Counted from the whole stretch's first letter, positions 38,768 to 51,587 are shown. The stretch: 63,535 nt of DNA, filler included, from Olpidium bornovanus S191 (GCA_017911155.1; 29 parts of 29 records of this genome joined end to end with filler, not necessarily neighbours in it); one strand, 5' to 3'. Program-made: numbers and translations. Notes: generated by a model not told the origin, from the letters alone.

Positions 38768-39580
38768 NNNNNNNNNNNNNNNNNNNNNNNNNNNNNNNNN
38801 NNNNNNNNNNNTTAATTAATTAANNNNNNNNNNNNNNNNNNNNNNNNNNNNNNNNNNNNNNNNNNNNCATGACGGGGTGCGCTGGGCAGTTTGATGGCTC
38901 TTTCATCCTGCTTGCCAAAGTCGGAATGTCGTGTTGCCAATAACAACGGGACATCTGCCGGCAGTGAGGAACGGGACGGGCGGCCAGCAGGGAGGACCGG
39001 AAGAGCTGCATTGGTTGGTGCAGATAATACATACCAGAAAGGAGGGCTGAGATTGGTCCCGGAAAACAATTCTAAGGTCGGCAGAAAACGGTGTGAGTAG
39101 TGACTCAGGCTAGCAAAAGCCCCGCTTCAGACCACTTTTTGGTACCTCCGTGTCGCACGTTGGGCGTTGCCACTGGGGACTTCGGTACGAAACGTCGATA
39201 TCGAGAATATCCGAACGCGGGCGAGGTTTTTGTTGAGATTGGAGGTCTCCGTCGCGATTTTCGTGATATCCGGAGAGGTGTTAATCGGCGCGTTTCGCAC
39301 CTTGCAAAAGCCCGATAAAAGCCCGATCTAGCTGTCCAAATGCTTCAGAGGTCCGAAACGTCGCGATGGAGACTTCTGGACCTGTGACGGTTTTGCCAAA
39401 AGAACGTAGCTCAGCTCAGAAGTTGTTATTGTACTACGTTGGAACAGAACGGGCGAAACGGCTTGGAAGGCTATCAAGTCACCATTTTTTTGGTTCTTGT
39501 TTTCCTCACAGAAGCTATCAAACCACAACAAACCGGCCAGCGTTTTCTCGCAGGCCATCGCGTTACGTCGTCCTCAAAAA

Positions 39581-40703
39581 TGACGACGACGCTGCCGGCG
39601 CCCGAGTCAACGGTCGGGCATTCATTGGCAGACGGCGGGATCCTGAAAATGGATGCCCTGAAAATGGACGCGCTCGCCACGCTGGAGATGCTGCGCAAGC
39701 TCCGCTACGTCACCCGTGACCGCTCCGTAGCCGTCTTCGATGAGGATGAGTGGCAGGAAGTTCTGGCGCGCCGCGCCAATTTTGAGAAGTCTCTGGCAAA
39801 AGCGCAGAAGACCGCCCAGGATATCAAGAAACCGGCGCAAAATGGGCCGATGCTGGCGGCAGCGGCGGCACGGCGAAGCAATTTCGCCCGCGCCGCAAGG
39901 GGGGTGGAGATGGCCGTGTTTACAGGACGCCGAAAGGAATGCAGAATAGTCAGAGCCAGTGGTGATGCAACAATTTTTTTTTCTTAATACCTCCAACCGT
40001 GGTGCTGTGTCTGACGGTGTTTCAATGCTTGGGCCCGCTATGGGATGAAAAAAAAAGGAAAACGACCTTCCTTCTGAGCAGAAAGAATTCAGGGAGGATG
40101 AGTCCAAGCCGCCGGGGCCTTGTGTTTGTTTATCCCTAAGGTCTGTCATTCCATTCCCAGGTCTATTTCTTTCTCCCGCTCTCCTTACGGCAGTCTTCTC
40201 AGTAATAAGAAGCGTTCGGACGACGGAGTATTCAAAAACGGAAAAGTAAACTCTGATGTTGACTCGGTGAACCGCCCGAAGCGTTCGTCGCCGAGCGAAA
40301 CGTCGGGTGGGGTTTTCGACGTGCGCGGAAAAAGTACTTGGAGGGATAATATTGAAGCAGTAAGTCGCCTCAAGCGGCGGACCCGAACCGTCCATCCATC
40401 ACCTCGTCGTCGCGGGGCTCGCGCAGTCGGAAAAAGAACAGTCAGGGTGTTATTTTGAGGTCGGCGAAGAGGAGAATAATTCCTGCGGACTTCCGAACCA
40501 ACAAGATGGCCGAGATCGATTTCCCCCACGTGCGGGAAAAGGCGGGAAAGGGGACTTTCCCCCCGCAGATTCCGAACGCTGCTCCCCCCGCCGGCAACCA
40601 CGCAGAGGAGGAAGTGCCCCCCGCCACATGCAACAACATCAGGGGGACCGGGACATACAACATAAGGGTGGACTACAAGGCAGCTGATTTAAAAGGCCAT
40701 TGA
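39581..40703 (+). CDS. Hypothetical protein exons
   Basis: Coding-like ORFs (DALATLEMLRKLRYVTRDRSVAVFDEDEWQEVLARRANFEK; MAEIDFPHVREK...). Family not recognised. Confidence 0.3.
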
Positions 40704-41019
40704 GACCCCGCAGGTACCGAATCCCTTTCACGTAATATTGACGTTAGAGGAGGGGGAAAGTCGCATGAATCTGCCTCTGCGCATGAGGGTTTCTCGCCTT
40801 AGGGTGTTTGGTATGGGTTTGCGGTTCCGCACGTGACTGGGTCGTGAAAACCAAATAAAAAAAACAAATCCTGTTCGACCCACACAGGGCGTCAGTTCGG
40901 GAAGTAGCAATAATAATAATGATTAATAAATCGTCTGCTGGGGAGGGAGGCCGCCTCCTTCCCCCCCCCACCCACTCGCCCGACTGACCCTCCGGAAGAA
41001 GGAAATCCCAATCGACAGA

Positions 41020-42714
41020 ATGGTCGCGCAAGCCTGGAACTTTGCCCACGGTTCGCCGGACGCGGGAGCTTCGCCGCGTGCACCAGACTCGTCCCCGTCC
41101 ATATTGGCCGCGTCCGCCCGCAAAAGGGCGACCAACCAGCAGGCCAGGATGCGGGCCTCGGGCGGTTCCCCGTTCGACCAACCGAAGCACCACCACCACC
41201 ATGACCAACCGCCGCCGCAGCAGCAGCAGCAGCAGAATCGGCAGCAGAAGCCGCCAGTGGAGCAGAGCGGTGGCCTTGTTGCACTCGAGCTGCCAACCCT
41301 CGAAATGCTGAAGCACGGTGCTCACCAAGTTGCTAAGCAGCTCAACCACGACGACCAGTTCCCGGACCTGGAGGAACTCGTGGAAGGTCCGTGCACCGTG
41401 GCCGCCTCGCCGTGTCGTGCGCGTCGAAAAGGCGCGCACGCGAATCAGGATCGGCCAGTTTCACTTTTTTTTTTTGGCACCGGCGCCCGCTGGAACTTAA
41501 CAGGTGCTTGCTCGCGCGAAACGCGCACCGCACTGGCCGTCGTTTGCTTTGCTTGCAGCGAGCGGACACAATGTTACCGGACAGTACACCCCGCTACCCG
41601 ACAAGCAGGCTTGGGAGACTTCCGTTGCCAAGCACAATATTGTTTTCCCGGATGCTTTGTTTGAACAACTTGACTGTAAGCGGATATGAATTTACCGTTG
41701 TTCGAATTGTCCGGTCTCACCTACTCCGTGGCACGTGAATTTCAAGTCCTAAAAAGCAGGTGTTTCATGGGCATGTTTCCGGAAATTAATCGAGCCTGGA
41801 TCACAGCGGACCACCGGCTTTACATATGGAATTACGTTGACGGGTGGGCATTCATGTGGTTCAATAGATTTGCGGAATTGGATTCTCACGCGGCCCTCGG
41901 AAGGAGGTTAATATTGTCCGCCCTCTTTATGAAAGGAATGATTTTCACACATATGACGAGTGTGACGAAACCATTATAGGAGTAGCGCTTGTGAAGCCCA
42001 GATCAGGTAGGTCAACCATCGTCGTGTACCGTACGGTATGCAACCGTGCCACAATTATTTAACATCGCAAAAATACCTCGGCAGATGTGTTTAATGCCAC
42101 CGTACAACATGTTCTGGTCCTGTCAACCCCATTGGAGATACATCTTCTTGGCTTGTCGCTATCCTCATCTGAATCGGCGGGGGGTCAAATTTCCAATGTC
42201 GATCAGCCTGCCTCGGAGCTCACGTTGTATGTCACGCAAATCACCGCGCCAACGGACTCGACGAACATGACTTGCATTGTCGGAACAAGGACGGGACGCA
42301 TCTTTATGTGCGGGGCCGATGGGAGATTGTGGGAACTCATTTACCGGGCAGAGGAAGGATGGTTTACGCCTCGATGCAGACTCGAGCCGAAGACTGGGGA
42401 CACCTCGTTCCTCTTGCCCAAGTTCCTTGCTCCAAAAATGAAAGGTCTGTCTGCAAACTTTGCTGCTGCTTTGATTAAGCCGGCTGGACGCTTATACTAG
42501 CCGGGTGCGTGCGACGTACGCTCAGAAATCATTGGGGACATCGCATATGATGGGTCGCGGAATATCCTATACACGGTCTCTGATCACTCTACAATAGACG
42601 TGAGTTCTGGATCTTTCGGTGTCTGGATTTGTCCCCAATTATCCGCCCTTGCTGACTACACCCTGCTTTTGCAGGTATTCAACCTCGGATCAGATGACAA
42701 GGCTTTCGTACATG
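41020..42714 (+). CDS. NUP170: Nucleoporin Nup155/Nup170 N-terminal beta-propeller, spliced, 3' truncated
   Basis: CFMGMFPEINRAWITADHRLYIWNY; IIGVALVKPR; QHVLVLSTPLEIHLLGL; GRIFMCGADGRLWELIYRAEEGWF. Confidence 0.95.
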
Positions 42715-42815
42715 NNNNNNNNNNNNNNNNNNNNNNNNNNNNNNNNNNNNNNNNNNNNTTAATTAATTAANNNNNNNNNNNNNNNNNNNNNNNNNNNNNN
42801 NNNNNNNNNNNNNNC

Positions 42816-44250
42816 ATGGAATCGAAGCTGGCGAAACGGGGTGCGCTGAAGGAGGAAGAAGGCGGCGGATTTTTTTTTTTTGTGATTTTTTTTATTTTTG
42901 TTAGCCCGGGTCTAAGATTCGTCGCAAAACTCTCCGAACCTCGAAAAACGGGGGCGACACGGGGGGGCGGGCGGCCCGGGAAAAATCACAAAAAAGCGGA
43001 AAAAGGCCCGACAGGCAAAGAGATCGACACGGCGGTCAAAGAGGGATGGTTGACGAAGCAAGGTCTGTGCGGGGGCCGGCGGCGCCGGCACCGGCCCGGT
43101 TTAGACGGGGAGGAGAGGGGACGCCCCAGGGCGGGGGCGGGCCCAGGGCAACGAAGTTTGCGAAATTGTTTTCGTCAGGAGAATATTTTTTTTGGTCCAC
43201 CTCTCGGTGCTCCTCAGCAGGAAAAAAAAAAATAAAATAAAACAAAAATTGAGACGCCGTCCCCTCCTCCGCTCCTCCGCCCGGGGCGCTTCGCAGGCAA
43301 TTACATCAAGAACTGGCGGCCAAGGTGGTTCCAGCTGACGCCGGATGGAAAGCTGTTCTATTACAAGGCGCCGAGAACGGTAAATTAACAACTCTCGGGC
43401 GGGACGAGTAAAAAAAAATAAAAGAGAAAACGAAATCAAAGAAATTAAATCAAAAAAATAGAAATCAACAGAAGGAAATAAGTTCCGAAAAAAGATAAGA
43501 ATCAAGGAGAAATAAATTTTGGAAGGAAAACAAAAATCAAGATAAAATCAAAAATATAAAAATCAAAAAAAGAAATCAAAATCAAAAAAAAAAATCAAAA
43601 TCAAACAGAGATCAAAATAAAATTAAAACAAAACAAAAAAAAGTCTGACCCCCCCCGGAGACATTGCGGTTTTATTTTTGTTTTTTGTTTCCTTTTGATG
43701 TACCGATATACTTTTTTTCTGAACCGGCGATCAGGAGCCGGAGCCTACCAACTACTTTCCGACGTCGGGCTGCGAGTTCAGGGAGTACCCCAAGTTCGGC
43801 CCGTTCTGCTTCGAGATGATCATGCCGTCCGGGCAGCGGCGGTACATGCAGGCGGCGGACAGGCAGGGAATGGACGACTGGATGAGGGTGCTGCGGGCGT
43901 CCGCCGACGCCGCCCGCTCCGCCAAAGGACCCGCGGAGCCCGCCGGAGGGACCGACGCGGAAAGGGCGGCGGCGGCGGCGGCGGCGACGCAGAAAGCGAT
44001 GACGGCCGACAGCTTCAACTTCCTCAAGGTGCTCGGCAAGGGCAACTACGGCAAGGTCATGCTGGCGACCGTAAAGGAAGGCGGCGGCGGGCCCGGGGGC
44101 GACCCGAACAAATGCTACGCCGTCAAAGTCATAAAGAAGGCCGGCCTCATCGACGATGAGTCGCTCGAGCACGTTCTCTCGGAGAACCGCGTGCTCCAGA
44201 CTCTCGACCACCCCTTCTTGGTGAAGCTGTACGCCTCTTTTCAAAGCGAG
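42816..44250 (+). CDS. AKT: Akt/PKB-type PH-domain AGC kinase (exons to 43062, 43297-43379, 43735-44250), truncated
   Basis: AVKEGWLTKQ|GNYIKNWRPRWFQLTPDGKLFYYK|EPEPTNYFPTSGC...DDWMRVL, then FNFLKVLGKGNYGKVML...YAVKVIKK...HVLSENRVLQTLDHPFLVKLYASFQ. Confidence 0.88.
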
Positions 44251-45382
44251 GTAGGGAAAAGGTGGGTTTCGGTTGTTTTTTATTGGTTTTTTTTTTGGTT
44301 GTGAGAGGGCGGGACGGGGGTAGGTAAGAGGGAAGGGGGTGGGCGTGGGAGGTGATGGGATGGCGGCAGAGGAGAGAAAGAGAGAGAGAGATTCGGAAAG
44401 CCGAAAAAAAAGAAAAAAAAAAAATTGCGACCGGGCTGACCAGAGAAAGCGAGAGCGGGCGGAGGTGATGGCTGTGCTGGTTGTCGTGGGGAAGGGGGGG
44501 TGTTTTTTCTTTTAGTTCCCGCTTTCCAATTTTTTTTTTTTTTATTCCCTTCTACCCCCCCCCCCCCCCCCCCCCCCACCCCCCCCCCCCCNNNNNNNNN
44601 NNNNNNNNNNNNNNNNNNNNNNNNNNNNNNNNNNNTTAATTAATTAANNNNNNNNNNNNNNNNNNNNNNNNNNNNNNNNNNNNNNNNNNNNTATCCTTCA
44701 GCCGGCTCGTAGAGGGGTGACGCGTCACCGGGATCCGCGTCGCCCTCTAGTTTTTTGATTTGTTAGGGCACGCGATAGCTATGTGCCCCAACTGCTTGCA
44801 GTAGAAACATGTGCCTTTCGCGCGTAATTCTCAGGCGCCCCATGCGTGTGGGCACACCGTGCGTGTGGGCACCCCTTGTGTGGGCCGTCACGTGATCGGG
44901 GCCAGCCACACCGAGTGGCGAGGCGGTGTGGGCGCCCAGCGAGTCACGTGACGCCCGTCAGCGCACTCCACAGTTTCGTGTGCGTGGCACCACACGCCGG
45001 CCGTTGGCCGGGGCAGAAAATGCGCCCAAAGGCGAAGAGCGCTTTTGGCATGACAACTATCTCACTTTGGAGTTTAACCAAGTCACGATGAGTCTCCAGG
45101 AGGAGCTGGACGATATCATCCTGTGAGTGGGTGCTTGTTAGCATGTGGGATATTCGCAGACTGTGTTATCTCACGGCATAATAGTCACCTTTTGCTACTG
45201 TTTCTTTTCCTGCAGCTGGTCTCCGTTCATCGTCACCATCTTCGCAGCGGTTACGTTTCTGGCCTTTGACAACAGCCTTGTCCACGGAGAGGGCATACCG
45301 GCCGAGCCCAGTGGTAGACTTTTTTGCCCGGATAACTGAGTGAGTTAGCAGACACGTCGAAAAGCTGAGGGCAGGAGCTGGC

Positions 45383-45619
45383 TTAGAAAGTGCTTACAAG
45401 CCTCTCGATAACCTCCAGCTCCTTACACTCCTCTCCGGCCACACGGTTGATTGCGCTGTCCTCAGAAGTCGCCAGTTCCTTGCAGGCATCCATGTATGAA
45501 CACAGCGCGTCGACGTTGCTTTTTGCGGCCTGTGAGCCAAACACGGTGAGGTGTTTCGTCGTCATAGTGAGCGATGTTTCAAGCAGTACGCCGCAGGCGA
45601 CAGTGACAGCCTTCCCCAT
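45383..45619 (-). CDS. Small hypothetical ORF
   Basis: MGKAVTVACGVLLETSLTMTTKHLTVFGSQ...LEVIERLVSTF*. Helical, unrecognised. Confidence 0.25.
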   Translation of the reverse strand: MGKAVTVACGVLLETSLTMTTKHLTVFGSQAAKSNVDALCSYMDACKELATSEDSAINRVAGEECKELEVIERLVSTF

Positions 45620-47532
45620 TGTCTGGTCGTGTTTTGGGGAAGCGTGGTGGGGAAGCGTGGCGGGGCGTTCGGAAGGCCGAAGACGGCGATTTTTGGGAAG
45701 CGCGGCGGGGGGCTCATAGAAGGCCAAAGAGGGCGGGGTGTTTCGCACGGGTTCCGCGGCTTTCCACTTATTGGGTGACTGCGCATTTTAACCCCGCTGG
45801 GAGAGGAGGTGCGACGGACGGCGGCACGAGTCACGTGGTTGGGAGACAACGGGACCTGCGCTTTCTTCCCAGCCCGGCAAACTCGGCGTGTACCCGCTTT
45901 CCTCCAGGGGAAGCGCACGACCGGAATGCAGGTTCTTCCCGAAGCGCACCTCCTTTCCTTTGCCGCAGCAACCTCACGCGTCCATCCTTTCCGTAGCCCA
46001 ATGGGGAGTCTTTGCCGGTGCGCTCCTCCAAACTTTCCGAACACCCTTGAACCGTAGCAACTACGGGCCGAACGCTAACACGCGAGCATCCAGGCAGACA
46101 CGCACCCTCACGGCCTGGCACCTTCGCGCAGGACAGCTCCGCTTCCACCGCACCGCGCAAGTCTTACGCGAAAGTTGAACCCCAGGTGAATCTCGTAACC
46201 GCTGTGTGCGCCCACCCGGACCAACACCGTCCGGCCAACACCGTTGTGGGCAAGAACGGCTTCACTTGACCCAATGGCAGTCTCTTTCGACGACTGCTTG
46301 GGTGCTAAGGCCGGGTGTCTGTTTTCTTCTTCTCCTTCTTTCTCTTTCTATGCCTCGGCGGCAATGTAGATGGGGTCCGAACACAATATTTTTATTCTCT
46401 ATAACGACGTCTCACCTCAGCGGCGACGGGGGGAAATTCTCCTCGGCGGAGAGTGCGGTGGTGGGGGTTCGGGTGACGGAAAAGCTGTCCAGAGTTCACG
46501 CCCGAGCAAGGGTGTGGGGTTTTAAGCTTAGCCTACTTTGATTACAGAACCCTCTGCCGCGACGCATCATCCCTCCCCTTGCCGCAGGGCTCGTTTTACC
46601 CGCCGAAGTACCTCTGCCCACATCAGGCACTCTCGGTGCTCCCTCCGATAATTGGCACCAGTCAGAGGAGTGACTCGGAGTCTTGGAGAATGCACTCCCA
46701 CTCCGGAGTGGGTTGACGGCGCCGCCGAGCCTCAGCTTGTTTCCCCCTCCTTCTCGGCGCGCCTCCACCGCCGGCAGGGAGTCCCCCTGGGGCTTGGCCC
46801 AGGTTTCCTTCCACANNNNNNNNNNNNNNNNNNNNNNNNNNNNNNNNNNNNNNNNNNNNTTAATTAATTAANNNNNNNNNNNNNNNNNNNNNNNNNNNNN
46901 NNNNNNNNNNNNNNNAAACCAAATTGGTATTCAAAGGACAAACTTACACTATTTGAACTGTAAGAATACAAATGTCTTACAAACTCTCTAGGGATGCCAA
47001 AGCTTAGCCGGTTTCACTCAGAACGTCTCCGCCATGCCCGTAGGGTGCAAAGAGGCGCGCAGGGGGGGAGGGCGGCTTGCAGAGGACATGGGCCAGCAAG
47101 AAGCAGTTTTTTCGTCAAGAGAGGGCGCAGGGAGGCGGGCAAAGCGCGCGTATGGGGCGGTGAGAGCGGAGTTCTTCGTTCGTGTGACCGCGGGTGCGGG
47201 GGGGAAGCCGGGAGGGAGGCCAGCCCACCTTTTATGCGCCAGCACGGAGCCCGCGAGGCGAGCTGGGGGATGGCAGCCCGGGCCCTCCTAATCGGCGAAA
47301 TTCTACACTGCTTATTTTACGACTACAGTATCACTTGCATTGGTACTAATGCAATATTGCCCAGTGCTGTGGGTTACTGGGGGTGGGACTGGCGGCTGCA
47401 TTCTCTCTCAAGTTTGCCTGTCTCTGCTCTCACAAGGGGACAGGGATAGGACGGCCCCGTGGGGCGATGGTAAGAACAAACGCCACTTGCCTTCTGCGCA
47501 TAAGCTTGCCAGTAAATAATGTTGAGGTTTTC

Positions 47533-47724
47533 CGAAGAACGCGGTGATCCCGTCCAAGAGGCCCAGAATCAAAGTGCGTTTGACGTAGGCAAATTGCTGC
47601 CGCGGAGTGCTGATTTCACGTCGCGTTTCGAAGAACGCGGTGATCCCGTCCAAGAGGCCCAGAATCAAAGTGCGTTTGACGTAGGCAAATTGCTGCCGCG
47701 GAGTGCTGATTTCACGTCGCGTTT
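47533..47724 (+). repeat. Exact 96-bp tandem duplication (in-frame, 32 aa)
   Basis: 47533-47628 equals 47629-47724; reads EERGDPVQEAQNQSAFDVGKLLPRSADFTSRF twice. Confidence 0.95.
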
Positions 47725-48929
47725 TCGTTAATGGAAAATCTAACGTTGTGCGCGTCACGCACCCTCTTTCATCACGTCAACAAGCACGAGAACGATGAAA
47801 CGGTAAGCACCTCTCTGCTCGCGTCTCTTACTTGAATAACTAGTCCATGCTGACATAGCTTTGTGCGCGTCACGCGCATTCTTCTGTCAAGTTGGCGCGG
47901 ATGAGGATATTGAAACGGTGAGCTCCTCTTTGCCCGCGCTTTTATTTGAATAACTACCCCAGACTGNNNNNNNNNNNNNNNNNNNNNNNNNNNNNNNNNN
48001 NNNNNNNNNNTTAATTAATTAANNNNNNNNNNNNNNNNNNNNNNNNNNNNNNNNNNNNNNNNNNNNAGAAAACTTTGTTTTTTCTTTGTTTTTGTTTGGA
48101 AGTGTGCGGAAAGGAGTGTTTCCTTCGTATCACGAACACGTGATTGTGGTCTTTTACAACACTCCCCGAGAGGATGAAGGATACATGACATGGTGCGCAT
48201 ATACCGTAAGGCCCGGGCTACCCTGGTACTTTCGGAGAAAAATATACTTGAGTCAAGGTTTACGTTTATTACAAAAAGCTTCTCTGACGCTTTATTATGA
48301 GTTTTCATCGGTCAACGCCAGGGTTACCGTGGTATTTTATTGTGAAAAACGTAAGGGAATCTGAGGTTTAGGTTAAGCTTCAAAAAGGAGGGAAACCCCT
48401 GTGATGCTTTCTGGTTTTCATTAAACTCGTCTCAAGGGCGCTCCTTCTCCGGCGTGCACGCACCCCTTGTGCCTCGCCGTTGCCCCGTTCAAACCGGGGC
48501 CGTTCAAGTTCGAGCGTGAGTTCGAGCGTGAACACCCCCCCCCCATCCCAGGCGACCGGGGCGCTGCGAGGAGGTCCGGCCGTCGGATCCGCGCGTCTCC
48601 CTGTCGCGCGTCCCGCGGCTCGTCGCGGCACACCAAAACCCACGATCACGAAAAAAAAAAAAAAAAAAAAAAAATTGGTTAGAAAATCTGGCGGTGTGCA
48701 AAATTCCAGCAGTCGTTTGCATCATCTGGGGGGTGGTCGAACGCGACATCAACAAAAAAACACGCCCCTTGCGGCAACTCCCGGTGTTGAATCCATGCGA
48801 AATCTGACTCGCAATCCGCACTTCGCGCGCGCGACACGTCAAATCTCCGGTCTCCAAAACCGCGCGCAAACCCGACGTCAAATCCGGCGGCGAGACCAGG
48901 CTGTCCCGTCTGCCTTTTCGCGCCTGGTG

Positions 48930-49045
48930 CCAAATCTCTAGCCTCGGCATCAGATCCATCATTGATTCTGGCATCAAATCCGGCGTCAAATCAAGCACCG
49001 ACCTGGCCGCAATCTGACATCAAATCTGGCGTCAAATCCGGTATC
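48930..49045. repeat. Degenerate 12-bp repeat CAAATCYGGCRT
   Basis: ggcatcaaatccggcgtcaaatc and catcaaatctggcgtcaaatccgg; related units from about 48840. Confidence 0.6.
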
Positions 49046-49811
49046 CTGACGCTGGTGCTACCTCCCTCTGGGGGGCGCAGAGCTCACCGAAGTGTAAAGG
49101 ATATTGCCGCAGGCCACACACAGCGGTCATGGGCTCAGGTGTCATACGAAAGCCCCTGCTCTCGTAGCAAGTGCGGCAATTGTCATTCAACAAGTCAGAG
49201 CCACTTGGGCCACCGTAATCTTCGCAGGTTTCTAACCAGACAAAGACGATTGCTGTCGGAGCTCCAGGCGGCGCGCAGGGACGCGTTTACATTGCATCCA
49301 CAAGGTCAGGTCGGAACCCAAAGGTGGCCTTGATGCTACCACCGACCAAGCGGTGCTCATCGAGGTGTAGTGAACTGAATTTCTCTCCCACCCACGCCAG
49401 AAGTGTGGGGGTGTCCAGTCTGCCGGCGTATTATTAAGTTCGACTCATTTACGGGCAGGCCCCCGGTTCGTCGTGCCGTTCCGGGCACGGCGATCCGTGT
49501 TTGGCCGTTGGGGACAAAAAGAAATTATGGCGAAACTGAGCTGCCGATGATGCCGAGTGGACGCCACTCGTCAAATCCGCGACGACGTATCGCGAGCTTT
49601 CGCCACTTGCACGCACGTGCCGCCATCTCAATTACCGTGTTACTGCGTGCGCGTAGGGAGCGGGGGTTGGGGATTGGGATGGGGTAGGCTGTTCGGGTTC
49701 GCGCGGATTAAGGGTAGTGAACGGATAAGCAAATTGGCGGCGGTTCAAACCCGAGTCGTGACTCGCCCCTCCAGCGCGTTTGTTGATGCGGGGTGATATT
49801 GATCGTTCAAA

Positions 49812-51587
49812 TCACTGCACCGCGGATCTGCGCATGCCGCCGCCCTGAAGAACGCTGACCCTGTCGACAAGCTGATTGTAAAACCACCAAGTAAAACCAG
49901 GTTCCACGTTACAAAATGAAATCAACGGAGAAATTGATGCCAGCCTAAATCCGGCGCGGGAGACCCACCAAGTTGAGGTCATTGGTGCCCTTCGTCATTA
50001 TCGCGATGTACGAAGCGAGCAAGACGTCACTGTATTCCTGCGGTTTCAGGTAATTGTGTGACTGCGTGTAAACAAGTACGACAGCAGGGGTACGGGTGGC
50101 AAACTGACAGCAAAACCAAACTTTCCAGACCATCAGGAACTCTTCGCGGAAATCCTCCGTCTTGCAAGCTGTCGGAAGTCGATTACACAGACTCCCGATT
50201 TGTCGCAGTATCGTGTGGTCGCGTGGTAGGAGTCCTTTTGGCAACCACATAACCATATCTGTTAGACCAGACAAGTATGGTTGTTCCGCGCTCGGTGGGA
50301 GCGTCCGGCCGAATGTTACCTGCGTCCACATCTCTCACATAGTCAGATAGCAACCTGATCCTTGTTTGTAGCATTTTGATGGCGTTCCTTTGGCCCGTCA
50401 GGTGCGTGATAACTGACAACGTTCGCGAACAATTATCACATGCCCTGTCGCCGCAGTGGGAAAAAGCTCGGTTCAAAACCGAAATTTTTCAACTCACGTG
50501 ACGAGGCCTCCCTGCCCTCGTCCTGCCTCGCGTGCGCGACATGTTCTACGGCAATGCGCTCCGCCTCGCTGGTGTCGATCTTATATTTGCTCCTAACGAA
50601 CTGCGTTACCGCCTGTCCGTCCACGATGTCGACGATGGACTCGTACACCGTCACGGGCAGCGACTTGGTCGTGACGGGGGTGTCGGACGGATTCAACTGC
50701 AGGTACAGGGGGGACTCGTTCCAGTGCATCATCTGACGGTGGACGTCAATCTCCCGCTGCGTCGGACGCGTGCCTGTCGAGTACCAACCCAGAAAGTCGA
50801 GTTCCGGAAAGACCTGCCGGACTGTGGGAATTATATTATGAGACGCGGCAAGGCCCTTTGAACAGGTACTCGGTGTTTTTGATGTCGGAGTACTGCAGCG
50901 CTAACGACGCACACTGCTCCTGCTTCGTTATAAAGTAACCGGGATCCACAGTTATTTGTCCTGAAGAGGGTTCTTCAGTCACCAGCAGCTCGTAGGAGTT
51001 GGATATGTCAATGTCTCTGCCTTTTTGCGAACCGAGCAAAGCCCCGATGACCTGAGCTATTCGAACGCCAATTTGGGAATGCCCAGATCTCCCCACGTCA
51101 GGTGATCTGAGGGCAAGATTTCTGCTTGTTCCAAGCGGGCAACACCCGCCCCCCTCCTTCCCCACGCCTTTTTTTGCAATCGAGAGACGTACATTGTAAT
51201 TTTTCCTGCTGCTGCATTTTCGTCCGCGTGTAATGGTCGGACACGTTGAGCAGCGCAAGGGGGTGTCTGGCGCGGGACGAAAAAGCGGAAACGACCCGTG
51301 CACGGAACATCGACGACGGGAGAATTCAGTTGTACAGTGAACTGGAACACGCGACGGCGCGGGAAAGTTAACCGGACCACTTTCGTCCACCCCCCGCGGC
51401 AACGGGGTAGGAGGAGGGGGGGGGGGGGGGGGGGGGGCCGGCGAACTCACAACGCTATGTTTTGACCCGAGTTGTTGTCGACGTCAGCGACGACGGGCGC
51501 TCCGCCGCCTGTGACGGTACCTTTTCCTCCAAAGGCGGCGGCGCGGCCGCCTCCGTGCGCGACGTCGACCTCCATCGCCTCAGCCAT
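49812..51587 (-). CDS. CSN6: COP9 signalosome subunit 6 (MPN-minus), multi-exon, apparently complete
   Basis: HPLALLNVSDHYTR; VIGALLGSQKGRDIDISNSYEL; QVFPELDFLGWY; ESPLYLQLNP; LPVTVYES; EAERIAVEHVA; NAIKMLQTRI; RQIGSLCNRLP; DVLLASYIAIMTKG. Confidence 0.93.

Noticed and set aside
46560-46815. Hairpin-rich region with a 16-bp palindrome (46697-46712), considered as RNase P/MRP or U1
   Set aside because: Conserved CR-I/CR-V pairing and snRNA motifs do not match; about one 16-bp palindrome is expected by chance.
49094-49104. U12-type AT-AC donor ATATCCTTTAC on the minus strand
   Set aside because: No TCCTTAAC-like branch point or assignable exons; a single such match is plausible by chance.
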